A DNA stretch of 64,000 bases from Dimorphilus gyrociliatus (Eukaryota; Animalia; Annelida): the NCBI GenBank assembly GCA_904063045.1, contig CAJFCJ010000003.1:1426001-1490000 (forward strand). The letters are read 5' to 3'. The position numbers and the translations under genes were made by a program. A model generated the notes under the pieces. The model was not told where the DNA came from and ran no database searches. It saw only the letters and a program-made list of their open reading frames with translations. This document shows positions 34,793 to 48,400 of the stretch, piece by piece. Each line of letters starts with the position of its first letter. Positions within the stretch are counted from its first letter, which is position 1.

Positions 34793-37700
34793 CTAATATT
34801 CTGTTTCACTCTCGCACACATAACGCACCGGATCTAAATAGGAACAATTACAACTACAACCAGTCACAGGGCAATCGCTATTCTCTTCAAACCATGCAGT
34901 TAAATGAGACGAGTGCCCGCCGTGTCTACATCTTTGACACCAAGTAAACCAGTCACTAAAATTTGATTGCTTAGTATTACCAGTGGTTTGAACAAGTCTT
35001 GAAGGAGTTCCCATATGGGCTAAGCAAATTGCACAACGAGGCAAGGGTTTTCGACAAGTAGGAACAGGACAGGCGTTTAATCTGTTCATATTCGTGTTTG
35101 GCTTGGCAAAGACAACACACCCAGCAGTATTAGCTGATCTTGCAGCAGATATGCTCTTTCCACAAAAGTTGCATGTTATGAATAATTGCGGACTCGTTTT
35201 AGCACTTTTTAAATATATATCCAAATCTGCTCTTTCATGCCACATCCTCCATGAGTCCAGCAGCTCTCTATATTCTTGTAACCATATATCTTTTCTTTTG
35301 TCGTTTACAGTTGACATTTGTGAAAGTAGACAAGTCGTTTGAATATCAGATGTTTTTTCCAAGAAAGTTTCAAGGAGATTTAATCCTTCTGTGGATAAAC
35401 CACTTACAAGTAGACCATGAAGGTTACCTTCACTAACACTGTGATTCATGACAGTATCCAAATAATTTTGTAAACCTCTATCTGCCAAATGTAAGCAAGC
35501 AAAGGCAACCCTATCGCCTAAATCCAAATCTTCAGAATGCTGTGAGGATAAAACATTATGAGTACTTTCTGAATTTAGTTTATTTCATAATTACCAATAT
35601 TTGGTCGTAAGATGGACAAGGTTGACTATTTAGAAAATGGAATATAGCTCGTATATGAGCATTGTTCATCACAGGTGATAGACGTGAGCAAACTTCCTTC
35701 CACATAGCGTTCGACTCATCACTAAATCCGCTTATTGCAATTGTTAACAATCTCAAATTCTCCTGGTCTGATTTGGAGAGAATGGACGTAGCAACGTTTA
35801 AATTCATGTTCATTACGGCAATCATTGCTGCTCTCTCAGCGTTACTGCCGCATAAATCAGTTAATTTATTTTCAAATTCTGCGCTCTCTCGCTCATTTAA
35901 AGAGCTCCACCCACACATTTCAATAATACGATCTCTTTCTTTACTTATGTATAAAATACGCTTCGAATTTTGACTTTTATTTCTACTTAATGAATTTTCG
36001 TTGGCCAATATCCAGCTTATGGAAATATTAGTGGACCGACAGCAATCACTAAATAATAGATAATTATTAAATTGTGATAGTGTTTATAGTCTGTTTAAAA
36101 ACTCACTTTTCATTGTTTATAAGTATAGAATGAGCACCCTTCATAACAGTTGATTTAAGATCAGTCTCAGATGATGTTTTATTCATTCGAGAGATATATG
36201 ACCATAAAGATGTTAGGGTAGAATCACCTTGAGTTAGTTCTAAATAGGAAGAGACATCACTTTTACAGCCATATCCACCCTTGGCTCTAGCCTTCATTGT
36301 CGTTGAGATGTCGCTGTCAATTTGATAGTCTATAAATGTTGTATCACAATTGACTATCCGGCCATCATTTGTCCAAGATAGAGAAAACTCCGGTGACCAA
36401 CTCTTTTGTAAAGAGATAAAAATTATTGTCAAAAAAAATTCACCTAAAATTTAGTTGACACGTACTACTGACATTCTTTCGCTTATACTGATATCCTTTA
36501 TATCATTCTGATCAGTTAGAGCTAACAATCGACTTTTATCAGTTGGATGCCAGCTGAAAGACACAACATTTCCCGGCTGATCAGAGGAGACTGGAAAGCA
36601 AGAAATTTGAAGGATATTGCCATTATTTTTAAGTATAGTAACAAATATATATTAGAAATTCACCATTTATGACTCTATCCATATGAGCTAGCTCTATCTC
36701 ATCTGATTCGGAGTTAGTCACATCGTACAGATTAATAACTGAAGAATGAGTGGGTAAAGCTGCCAAGTAACCTTTTCTATAGTGAATTATAAAAGCCATA
36801 AGATTGGTTAAGATAAACTAAATGTAAACAACCTCGAAGGACACCATGAAATTCGTAGTATATTTCTATTTTCAGTAAGAGTTATTAATGATTGAGTAAT
36901 TTTCCTTAAATCCCAGACTGATATTGTTCCCTAAAGAGAAGTTTATAGTATTATTTTAAATTTATTTACGATCTCGCAAAATACTTTTTGGCTTTCAAAA
37001 CTACAGAAAGTCGCTAATCGATTTTGGTTCAGGGGATCAACAGATAGTCCAACTGCGCTCGTAATCTTTGAATCGGAATTTGATATTCTTTTAATTGTAG
37101 CTAAAAGGAAAAAGATTCCAAGATTTTCTGGAAGATAATAGAGAAATACTATTTACGATCTTTTGGCTCTCGAATGTCAAATATTTTGAACTGCTTTTGG
37201 TAACCAACAACTAAGTTATATCCGCCCTCAACAAGCCAAGAAACATCCAAAGCAGCTTCATTTGATCCTTAAAAGTAAAATATAAACATTAATGAAAATA
37301 TGAAAGCTTATAGGAAAACAATAACCTTTAAACTCTCTTCGAATATCATCACAGTCAACAACTAATTGTTTAGCATTTGGCCTGTTGACATCTGTAATAA
37401 AAACTGTTGATTGTTTTTGATACTTGTCGAAACCAGTTGCAATCTAAGAAGAAGATCTTATGAATATTCATCATCACTGGTGAAAATCAGTTAACCTATT
37501 ACCAATTGAGTATGAATTCTATTCCAAGAAAGGCAGTTGCAATGTCTCGGCTGATCTACAACATCTAAAACAATTTATTTGTATAATATCTCAATGTAAA
37601 TATATGTGTGGTAATTAAATGATCTTACTATAAACATTTCCAACAATACTGTCGACGTCCGCAGACCTACTAAATCTACAATAAATTAAAATAGTTAAAA

Positions 37701-38324
37701 AAAAGAATTGATCTTTTATACTTAACTTACTGGTGTATCCTAATTTTACCCTTTGCATCTCCAGCAGCAAGAATTTGTTCTGATAAATTCCTGGGGCAGA
37801 GATCAAAACACTACAGAGAAATATTAATAAAGTTCAATTAAATAAGATTGGAATACTGAATATCAATTTTTTTTGACTCTTTTAATCCCGTTCTAAAAAA
37901 AGAGCATAAATAATAGTGAATTATTTTCACTATATAAATTGTTTATAAAAGTTGACTTTCATAAATTTCTTTGAATGAATGATAACTTTGGGTAAATGGA
38001 TTAATAGTTTAACTTCTTATTTTATCACGTGATTGTTTATAATCTTCGTACATACTCTTATATCCTCATTCTCGCTACAAGTGTACATCAACTGGGCCAG
38101 ACCTTTATCAGATATTTTAATAACTATAAAAAAAAATGGAATAGTTTCTTTTGTATGCATATTGAAATAATTTTCAGTGATTTACCTCCGCTATTTTTAC
38201 TAGTTTGTAAAGAATCACTGCTGACGTTTGGTTCTATCTTATAGAGAGATCTTACAGAATTTTTCAATAATATAAATTTATCATTCATGCACGTGCTCCA
38301 GGCTATTGCTTCAAGACTATTCAT
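34793..38324 (-). CDS. MIOS: GATOR2 complex subunit MIOS (WD40 repeats plus C-terminal RING-like zinc finger), multi-exon
   Basis: N-terminal IAWSTCMNDKFIL; WD exons (LGMNRIHTQ..IATGFDKY..VRYIEESL..LAWLVEGG..LVVGYQK); C-terminal TCNFCGKSI..CRKPLPRCAICL..WFTWCQRCRHGGHSSHL..WF..CPVTGCSCNC. Confidence 0.95.
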
Positions 38325-38460
38325 ATTGTCTGAAGATCCTAGGTAAATGTAGAATATTTAAAAAGAGCTATTCAGTAAGAAGTTGATAATCCAAGCAGCT
38401 ATACATAGCAACCTTTGCAAATTTAGAACATAATTTGAATGTTGCAAAAGGAAACAATGG

Positions 38461-38470
38461 GCGCATGCGT
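38461..38470. promoter_or_regulatory. NRF1-like site in the MIOS promoter
   Basis: GCGCATGCGT, 137 bp upstream of the MIOS ATG. Confidence 0.5.
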
Positions 38471-39151
38471 AGTAAAATATATAGGGTTGGATTTTTTTAG
38501 TATCAACTAACATGGACTCTTATCAAAACAAATTCGAATAGAACGATGTCCATAAAAATTCTTCCGGGAACAATAAAATTGCGTAGCTTGTAGAAATAAC
38601 AATATGAAAGTATTCAATGAAGACAAAGGTCTCAATAATAGTTAAAAATTTGATAGTAAAAAATTACAACTATTTATGCATGATAAAGAAATAGCAGAAT
38701 TTTTATAGATCAATATTATTAAATTAAATGTCTACAACAATAAATGTACATAATATAGTATAAATGAGTCTTTGACACATATTTCATGTAGAAGTCACAT
38801 AATCTTTTATGAAATATTAATATAAAACCAGCATAATTATGTGAGCAATATGTTACATTGAAACAACTTGTTGAGTTTGACCGTTTTTTGTACTCCTCTA
38901 TTACAGTAAATAATCGATTGTCTGCAAGTTTGCTTCAAATTAAAGTGTAATAAAAAGTGTAATAAAATATTTTCCATCTAAAATTTTCGAAATAAAATTC
39001 TTGTAAAATAAAGTAATCATAGCAGTTTACGTAAACGAACCAAAGATAGGAAACGGTAAATATGGACAGCGCCACTATCAGATTAGAGAAAACGAAAATA
39101 AAACTAACAAAGCATTGATAGTTGTATATTGTTGCATGCGTTTGTGGAGAA

Positions 39152-40560
39152 ATGAAGGAAAGGGACGATTTTGTAATTGATGGTAATCAATCTGGTGATG
39201 AGAATGAGTTATTCTATGAAAAATCGGAAAGTGATTTTTCGTTTAAAGGAAAGGTGAAACGATATGAATCGCCAGGTTAGAAAAAGCATGTCTTTCTGTT
39301 TAAGCTTTAATTTCATTTTAAACGTATCATTTTAAATATTCTTAGAAGTCTTAGAAAGTAAAGGTGAACTTCTCCGCCTAGGACCCATGAGACTTTCCAA
39401 CAGGGGAACTTGTAAGACGATATATTAATTTATTAATTTTTAATAAATTAAATTTTGTCCATAGTGAAGAATAATGAAAATTCTGAACTTATGTCTCTAA
39501 CTGGTGACACTATGGAAGATGTAATTTCCGTGATAAGAAATGTTGAAAGAGCTAATTCTCTATCAGCCAATAGGTCACATCCATACAGACAGTCTACAGA
39601 AAATGTTTCCACTTCGAATCAAATTATACCGCAACAACCCTATCATAGAACATTTCCACCCTACAACTTACCAGATCTGGGCAATTTTACATCATTTCAT
39701 GAGCAGATTTATGACAACAATTTTTTAAAGCAGTAAGTGTACTTCTTAACCTGTGTAGTTTCATCCAGACTGTTGTTCAAATATTTAACAGAATGGACGC
39801 GGAATTGAATACTGCTGCTCTTAGAGAGGATAGGAGAAAAAAAGGGGGAAATTGTCTTCACTTCTTGGCAGGTGCAAATTCAACGTTTCGTCTGGAAAAA
39901 TTTCAAGCTCTACTAGTATATATCTATCACAAACATACCCATTATATCACGGCTAGAGATTCTTTCAATTTAACTCCATGTGACATAGCTAGAGAGAAAA
40001 AGTCATGGCAAAAAGCCCTTTGGTTTTTTCAAACTGGCAAACAGACTGAGACTCTGAAGAACCTATTGGAAAAGACTCAAGTTGATGTCGAATTCTTAAG
40101 TGTAATCCTCAAAAGTACTCCAAGCTTATCATGTGTACAATTCTCAAATGGGAAGAATCCCCTCTTAACTCTGCTTGATTCCTTTGACAATGATAAGTCT
40201 ATAGCAGTCGTACTGCTTATCAAATATGGAGCTAATCTAAATGTTAATCACATCGAAAAAAATCTTACTGCTATGCAACTTCTAATTAAAACAGGAGATT
40301 TACGTTTGATTGAAAACGTCCTTTATATTTTAGATGGTGAAAGAGTGACAGCATATTTAAACCCCTCCAATGGAATTGAAACTCCGAGGAGTACTCCTTT
40401 GTCTACTGCAGTAGAAAATGAGTGTAATTTGGACATGGACAGACTTGAGAATCTGTTGCAAATGCTAATTCATTTTAATGCAAGAAAGTTACCTTTCATA
40501 ATTGAAAGAGTTCGTAATTCGAATTTTCCTGTAAACATCAAAAATTTGTTTTTTCAGTAG
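39152..40560 (+). CDS. Divergent ankyrin-repeat protein, paralog A, 4 exons
   Basis: Phase-compatible exons MKERDDF.., EVLESKG.., VKNNENS.. and a last exon with ankyrin-like GGNCLHFLA, NLTPCDIA, GKNPLLTLL..YGANLN, LTAMQLL and STPLSTAV. Confidence 0.7.
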
Positions 40561-41314
40561 TTAACTATATAAGAAATACATTATAAGATACACTTTAGAA
40601 TTTCTACTCTTTGAACTCATTTATTTACTTAGTTATTTATTCATTCGACTTTCTTTCTATGCAATTTTAAACAGGTAAATATAAAAATTTAGTTTTCTAG
40701 AAAAACCCCTTCTGATGAGTCATTCTCCATTTTATGGGTGAATAAATCGCAAATAAACTTTATATATTTGAAATGTAGTTTAGAAAATGAAACAATTTCT
40801 TCAAAATTTCCCCTTTTCTCCACTCTGTAAAATCATATGATAAGTTATCAATAGCGATTAGTTTTCATTTATTACGGTGATCATTGATTTCTTGGGCATT
40901 ATTAAATAAATAAAGAATAGTTTGAAAAGAAATAACATGCTATCAGCATTTTTGTTTTAATCTATTTGAAAGTTTATATAGAATTACTATATTTAATTTT
41001 GTTAGTTATGAGATTGTCTTAAATATAATTAAAATCAATCTCGTTTTAAAGTTGGCGTTAATATATCTACTGCTACTTAGCAGTCAATATATCTGACTAA
41101 TATATACATTTATATATATTAATACATATTTATCAATATATATATATTATTACTATTGGTTGAGATAACAAAAGAATATATTAACCATGATAAGAATAGA
41201 AATAATATCATATTCGTATTGCAACAAATTTATAGCAGTAGTAGCATTATTTTTCTGAAGACGGAAGAAAATAGCGGCGGCCTTAAGTTAACAGAATTCC
41301 CATATCATTTCTTC

Positions 41315-43585
41315 ATGACGAGCATAGAAAGAGCAGGGATGAAAGAAATAGAACTTTCGCGGGAACTTAGTAAACTCACTATTAAGTCTCCCAGAAAGGC
41401 TGTTGAGAACTCTCTGACAGAGGATGAACTTGAGAGTTGTGGAAAGTTTAAAGTGATATGCGAGAGTGAAAATGATTATACCGACAGTGATGAAGAGGGT
41501 TTTAAAAATTGCGTTACAGACAATGAAGACGAAGATTTGAACTCCAAATTTCCATTGGCTTCAGATAACAGTAATATAAAAAATTTTACAAAACAGATTT
41601 ATAAAACTATCTAATTTTTTGACAGAGAAAGAAGATGAGGTTTTGGATATGTATCCTGAGGGTGGCCTCCCAACTCAAACCAAAAGGGGTTATAGATGAT
41701 TGATTATTTAAAATATATGTATAAATATGTACTTTATATCAAACCTCTTAACTACAGACCAAATTTCAAGTAAATATCGTAAACCGAATGATGTTCCTTA
41801 TCCGGAGTTTACCTCTCCAAGTCCTGCTGATCAATACAACACTACAAGGCTATATTCTCCGGGATCAGATTTTACACCTCTGATTCCTGCAACCGTAGAA
41901 AAGTTTAACGTGAAAAGCCCTGAGTTAGAGGTCAATTATTACTCTCCATGCCCTTCTGTACGAAGTGTCGAAAACTCTCCAATTGATAGATCCCCATGCT
42001 CTTCAAAGTCATTCACCTCGTCTAAATCTATACCATTGGAAAATTTTCGGAGAAAATATTGCCCATATTCAACGCAAAAAAGCGACACAATCTCATGGAT
42101 AGAAAAAAGTAAGGAGTTTATAGTGGACTCCCCTTTGACTGCACTTTACAACAGGTATGTATTAAGTTTCCAGAATATCAAATGAAAAAATAATACTTAA
42201 TGTTTCTGGGTAGTAGTAAATTATGTATAAGTAAACAAGTAAGAAATAAGAACTTTTGTTGTTTTGACATTGTTATTTAATAATTCTTCGTAATAGTAAT
42301 AAATTAGAACACTATGTTGTATTTAATAGTTTTTAAGGGTTTAGATATGAAAGACGATTGTACCCAACATGAAATTACGTGCTATTATATTCGCTAATAT
42401 GTAATTTGTTTTTCTAGGATGGTTGCGTTATATGCGTTAGACGACTTGATGACTTTAAAAGAAGGCAATAATACTTTCCATACCTCTGTGAAAAAAGCTA
42501 ATGAGCTGAAGGGAGACGCTGTTGGTTTAAAACGTCAACGAGATTACTTTGCCGCTATGTTGCGAAGAGCCATTCCACAATGTGCAGAAGTAATAGATGC
42601 AAAAAATGCAGATGGAAAGACACCATTAGAGTTAGCTGTTCAGAACAATGATTATCAACTGTCTAGATGGTTAGCGGAGAGTGAAAAGACAGATCCATCA
42701 CATATAATTTTGGAAATGTTAAAAATTGGAAAAAAGTCCGACTTGATAATGTTTCGCTGTCTGTTAACAAAGAAGTATGCTAATTACTTATATGAAGAGA
42801 TAGATCAAAGTCCCCTTTCGGTGGCATTGGATATTTTTCCAGAGAACAATGACATGAGCTATGCTCTCTTCATATTTGAGTTGGTAGGAAGTGGAGCTGA
42901 CCTTACCTTTTATGATAAGAACAAAGGAAAAACCTGCATTCAGAAGCTGACTGAGACAAATGATCTTGTGCTTATCGAAAATGTCATGTTGAAAATTTCG
43001 CGAGAAGAGGCACGACGGGTTTTAAACTATCAGCACGAAAGGAAGCAAGATAGTATGGCCTTGTACGCTGCACTTCAATGCGACGAACTCAAACGAACTA
43101 AGTTTGAGGAATATGTTCACCTAATATCAATGTACATCCATTTGGGAGCTACAAAGACAAAGCTTTGTTCACAATTAGCGAGTGAAAACAAAATTATCGA
43201 ACAACTCATAAAAGAATGTAAGCAACATCGTAGACCGGCAGTGAAAAAGGATTCGTCCAATTCTCCCAAGCTTTCACCTTCGGCTAAAACTGGAGAAGAT
43301 ACACTATTTGATTTAGCTAATGAAAAGCAACATCGTAGACCGGCAGTGAAAAAGGATTCGTCCAATTCTCCTAAGATTTCACCTTCGGATCAAACTGGAG
43401 AAGATACACTATTTGATTTAGCTGATGAAATTCCGCTTAACTTTGAGCAAACAGATGAATTTCAACTAAATGAAATATTAGCTTGTCTAGAGAAAGATGC
43501 AAGTGGAGATTTTACGATTAATTTCGACTATAATACCCCCGAACACAAAATAATATCCCAAAACACAGCTGTATTTAATCAATAA
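41315..43585 (+). CDS. Divergent ankyrin-repeat protein, paralog B, 4 exons; start approximate
   Basis: Acidic and Ser/Pro-rich exons are followed by a 388-codon exon with GNNTFH, DAKNADGKTPLELAVQNN, QSPLSVAL..GSGADL and GKTCIQKL..NDLVLIENV, alignable by eye to paralog A. Confidence 0.72.
43220..43429 (+). repeat. In-frame tandem duplication, 2 x 105 bp (35 aa)
   Basis: KQHRRPAVKKDSSNSPKLSPSAKTGEDTLFDLANE and KQHRRPAVKKDSSNSPKISPSDQTGEDTLFDLADE; I count 5 nucleotide differences. Confidence 0.97.
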
Positions 43586-43822
43586 AGTATCTGAAATCTT
43601 ATTGTGAACTTTCTGATCATATGAGCCATGTTGACAAATGCTTATTTATATCCAAAATTTTCCTCCCTGTAAACAATTTTAATGTAGCACTTAATTTCTT
43701 TACCGAATAAAGTTTTAAAAGAATCCTTCAAGAGAGTGAGAAAGTGTGTAAACACAAGTTATCGGGTCTGAACTACCCAAGTTAGAAAGCAATGTTTAAG
43801 ATAGCGAATGAAGAGAAACGTT

Positions 43823-45264
43823 TTATGATACCAAATTCGCAGAATTTTTAGGACTTTGCTGCTTCGAGACGATAGATTGAGATGTTGTTTTAGGTTTACT
43901 TCCTCCAAAGGTAAAATATGAATAAAAGAGACTGCCTAAGACACTGTAAGTAATATTATGTAATATAACATAATTAGATATATCGAATAATATTTGCGCG
44001 GAAGGAATTATTTTACCTGATATTCAATCCCATAAAATTTACCCAGGAGAATACATAATCTCCTCCAATAGCCATACCAGCATACGTTACGATCAGATTC
44101 TGAAAAGACAAATAATACAGTAAACTTTCGCCATTGAAAAATACGATTTTCGAATTCACCTTCAAAACTCCTATTATTGTGGTAGTTAGAGCGCTATTAT
44201 ATTGCGTGCATAGAACAATTGAATAAGTCAATATAAACCCCATTGTACAAGATGTCAGAAAAGATATAAGAAAAGATATGTCGTTCCAATTTGAGTATTC
44301 CATGGCCTTCGATATATCTCCATTTATTATGCACAGGATGATAATTGGTCCAACCATAAATAAAGTATTATAAAAAAGTAAACCGTTTTTGCCCAAATCC
44401 TGTTACATTTATTCAATTTCTACATTAAATTAATTTTAAATATGCTTATAAAACCTTAGCATCTAATTTTTGCTTTGTATATACACCATTAGCTGCAGTA
44501 AATACGTCATTCAACAATATGAATATATATCCTACAAGATTAAATGTCAGGTCAGCACTAAAAAAATGAGAAAAATTTATCAACAGTATCTTGTTTTAGA
44601 CAAACAAACCTTGCTGCTATTATAGAACCAATTATCATTACATATACACACAATTGAACCCTCAATGATGCTCTTGTTCTGAAAATAATGCAAGTTAGAA
44701 AAGCTAACAAAATTAAAATTATTCTTAATTACCCAAGAACATAAAACTCGGCTATCATTGTAAACAGAATAGAGAATCTTCTTAGAACGGTAAACATTGG
44801 CAAACTAAAATTAATTAATTTAAGTAAATATATAAAACTATCAATACAAGTTGAATTAATACTTGAGCTTTTTTGTTCCTCCTAAACCAAATACTAAATT
44901 GCCGAAGAAGATTAAAGGTAAAGGCCATACTTTTTTTGGAATGTCTCTGCTAAGATTGGGAAAGTTCACCAAACCAACTAATTTCAATGTTAATAGAACT
45001 GTTATTGTTGAAACCATCTGGCCAAGTCCAAGGAATTGATAGGATGGAAATCTGAAAAAAGAAGCATATATGTGTGAGCGATATTTTGAAATTTTGTGAA
45101 ATTAAATCAATTTACTTGAACGACGTTAAGACAATCTTATTAACAACGGTAATTAGAAAAGAAGAAGCAGCATAAAATACGGCTGACCCAACTCTTTTAT
45201 ATGTCGAATGAACAGGTTGATTTTGTTCCACTGTTTCATCTTTTGACGTTGCCGAGTTTATCAT
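43823..45264 (-). CDS. SLC35D1: Nucleotide-sugar transporter of the SLC35D / fringe connection family, multi-exon
   Basis: [21 protein letters not shown]; [15 protein letters not shown]; [14 protein letters not shown]; [10 protein letters not shown]; [18 protein letters not shown]; [17 protein letters not shown]. Confidence 0.92.
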
Positions 45265-45316
45265 GTTGGAGTACTACCAGTTTCAGCATAAACAAACGGC
45301 AAAACACTCAATGTCG

Positions 45317-45326
45317 GTCACGTGAT
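45317..45326. promoter_or_regulatory. Extended E-box in a 158-bp bidirectional promoter
   Basis: GTCACGTGAT between divergent ATGs at 45264 and 45423. Confidence 0.55.
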
Positions 45327-45422
45327 ATGTTTATTCTGCCATATTTATTTTTCTGAACAACCTATAAAGTTTGAAAAAATAAATTGTTACTCTGATATTA
45401 AACAATTGATACTATCTACGAA

Positions 45423-48400
45423 ATGGAGGAAGCGGATGAACAGACAAATGATGTGGTCGATTCTATGGAGACATCTGATAAATTAGACAGTTATTCAACT
45501 AATAGAGCATTAGATGCTTTCCGGTCTATTTATGAAACTGCAATAATGGATTTCGATGCTAAAAGTGCAGAAGAACGTTTCTCAAAGGCTAATGATCTAT
45601 TACGGTTAATATATAGCACGATAACAATTTAATCATATCTAAATAATTTATCTTTCAGACCGTTAATTCCCGAAAGCATTCGTCAGTTTCTCATGCGCTC
45701 TTTCTTAGTTCATCCTGAAACGAGCTATCTAATGTTTAAGTAATGATAATTACATTCTGTTAATCTTTTTCTTACTTAACAGTTATTATTAAATCATAGG
45801 AAAGGCCTTTCTAAACAAGATTTCAAACAATACCTTAATATTCAGTGTAACAATATTCAACCATATCAAAAGACAGATTTCTGCAATAGCTTTATTAAAT
45901 ATATCGAACTTCCAAAAAATTTTGGTAAATAATTTTCTAATTTTCACATATTTATAAATAATGACTTGTTTGACATACAGAGGATAATGATAGTTATGTA
46001 ACGGCTCTGATCTCTTTTGGGAAAAGATTGTCTGATGCTATGTTTCTACATTATTCCAATCCTGTCATTCAAGAATCAACTGAAATGAAAAGAAAAATTG
46101 CCCAACAATCTAGTAAATATCGTCGAACTAGTCGCCGTATAAGAAATAAAAGAGTTATCACACCACCTTTGACTTCATCATCTCCTTCTGTGAAAAGAAA
46201 AGGCTTATCTAAAGGACAGTGCCTTTCTCTGATGAATTTGCAATTAAAAATGGTTATAGAAAAATTTAATATTAATGATAAAGCTAGGAAATCTCGTTTA
46301 GATATAAAACTTATTAGAGCTTTTAATGACTGTCCCCACCTTTTTCATATTGACGGAAAATTCCCAGAAAATAAAGAACTTGTATGCAACTCTGCATCAT
46401 TCGCTGTTGCTTTGGACATGATCAATTTAGCTATAGGATATAAAATTAACTTTAATGAAACCATCTTAATCAGTCCTTCGTATGAAAGTCAGGAAGATTT
46501 TATGAATTTAGGTTTTATGCAAGAACTAAGGCAAGTCTTGAACGCGAAACAGCAAATTTTTTTCACAAGTACAAAGAGCCAAATATTCGACCCAAACTCT
46601 GACAGCGAAAATATCACTGAAGAGCAGTTGGAAGACAGGTATCAATCTCTGAGAAGCAGTTTTTTTGATAGTATTGCAGGCGGCTCGGAGAAAACAAACT
46701 TTCGACTCTCAGAAGATGAACGAAAATTTCTCCATCATTTATGCTGCAGCCGAAACACAGTCACAGACTTTATTCGGGCTTGTAACAAACCTCTTTCTAG
46801 CCGTCCAAAAAGTAATATCCTAATTCTAACTATTTTCTTCTTCGTTATTAACTAATTATTCGTTTTTCTTTATATAGTTCTTAAAGACTCACCATTCAAA
46901 TCATGCTTAGATGCTCTCCCTGTGCTTCAATATCACGTTTCTCAAATGAATCAAATACTACCCCTAGTCCAAAATACAGAAGTCACAAGAAATTTTCTAG
47001 GAGTCAAAGACATTATTTTACCTCAACATCAATTTGAAATCGACTTAATAAGCGAATCCAGTAAGTCTAAATTGCAGGAAATATTAGGGATGCTCAGTAA
47101 AAGGAAACCTAAAAACATTACATCTTTAATAAACAAAACTATGCAGAAAGTCTTAGAAACTAGTATAGCTGAGGATTCATCGAGGACTGTTCTCAGCTAT
47201 CAATTTGAAAATACTTTAATTAAAAATCGAAAATATATTATCCGAAACGATAAAGTTTTTATATGTCATCATGGTGGTCTCATTTCTCTATTAAATACCT
47301 GCTACATGACAAAAAAAGAACAAATGGAAGGAATTTTAAAAGCTCTAAAGAGAAAGGAAAATTCATGGTTGTTTAGGCGTTATCACTTACAACAATCATC
47401 AGCCAAATTTGAAAATGACGATGCTTTACAAATTCGAAATGGAATAGCCTATTTTCGGATAAGAGATAAATTTTACTTTTTGGATAGTAAAGAGAAGATG
47501 AGTATAAGAATTCAATGCGTTTGCTTTCTTAAAGCAATTAATGAAGAACAAAATGAAAGAATACTGTTTGGACCACATAAAATTGATATTATCCATTCGT
47601 CTTCTCCTTACCTCTCAAACGACACTGTGTGCGTACAAAGAAATAACCATATTTATTTGAAAAGATCGGACGATTCTTACTACATGACATCTGCTAATTT
47701 AGAAAATATTATGGCCCTAAAGAGAATTTTTATCAGATTAAAAGACAAGAAATCCAGTTCTATATCTTATCATAGACTGTCAAATACACCCACGCAAAGA
47801 GCTGAAAATATTATTGTAAAAGAAAATCAAGTTTACATGAGAATAGAGAAAGATATTTATGCCTCATTGAAGTCAACTAATCTAAATGTTGTTGACCAAA
47901 AAAGAAAGCTAAAACAGCTTAAGCCAAATATTCAACTTGATTATTTTGAAAGAGATTTAAAGGAGGAGAATATGCTCATGGTTAATAAAAATCTTGATAA
48001 AGTCAAAACTTTTAAAAACCCAAAAGTTGCCGTAAGTCTATTCATTTGAACTTATGCCTTTTTTTTAAACAGTTCTTATATTTTTCAGTTGTACACTCCC
48101 CAGTCGAAGAATCAAAAGCCGGAAAAAGAAAGAAACTTCAGTCAGAAAATTATTAAAGTATTAAATACTCTAAAATCTCAAAGACTCTTTACTAATTCAT
48201 ATTTTCATTTATTTAAGGTAAGCGCAGAGAGGCGAAAGTCTCGATCCGGTATAAAGCATTTATTGGATGCTCTTCAAGTTGATATGATGGATCGTCAGAG
48301 TTATCATCCAGTCAATCCAAAAGTACTGAGGGATCAACTAGAGAGACTAGGGATACTTTTTAACGAGGATTTAAATGCTGTATTCCAAGAGTTCGCTTTG

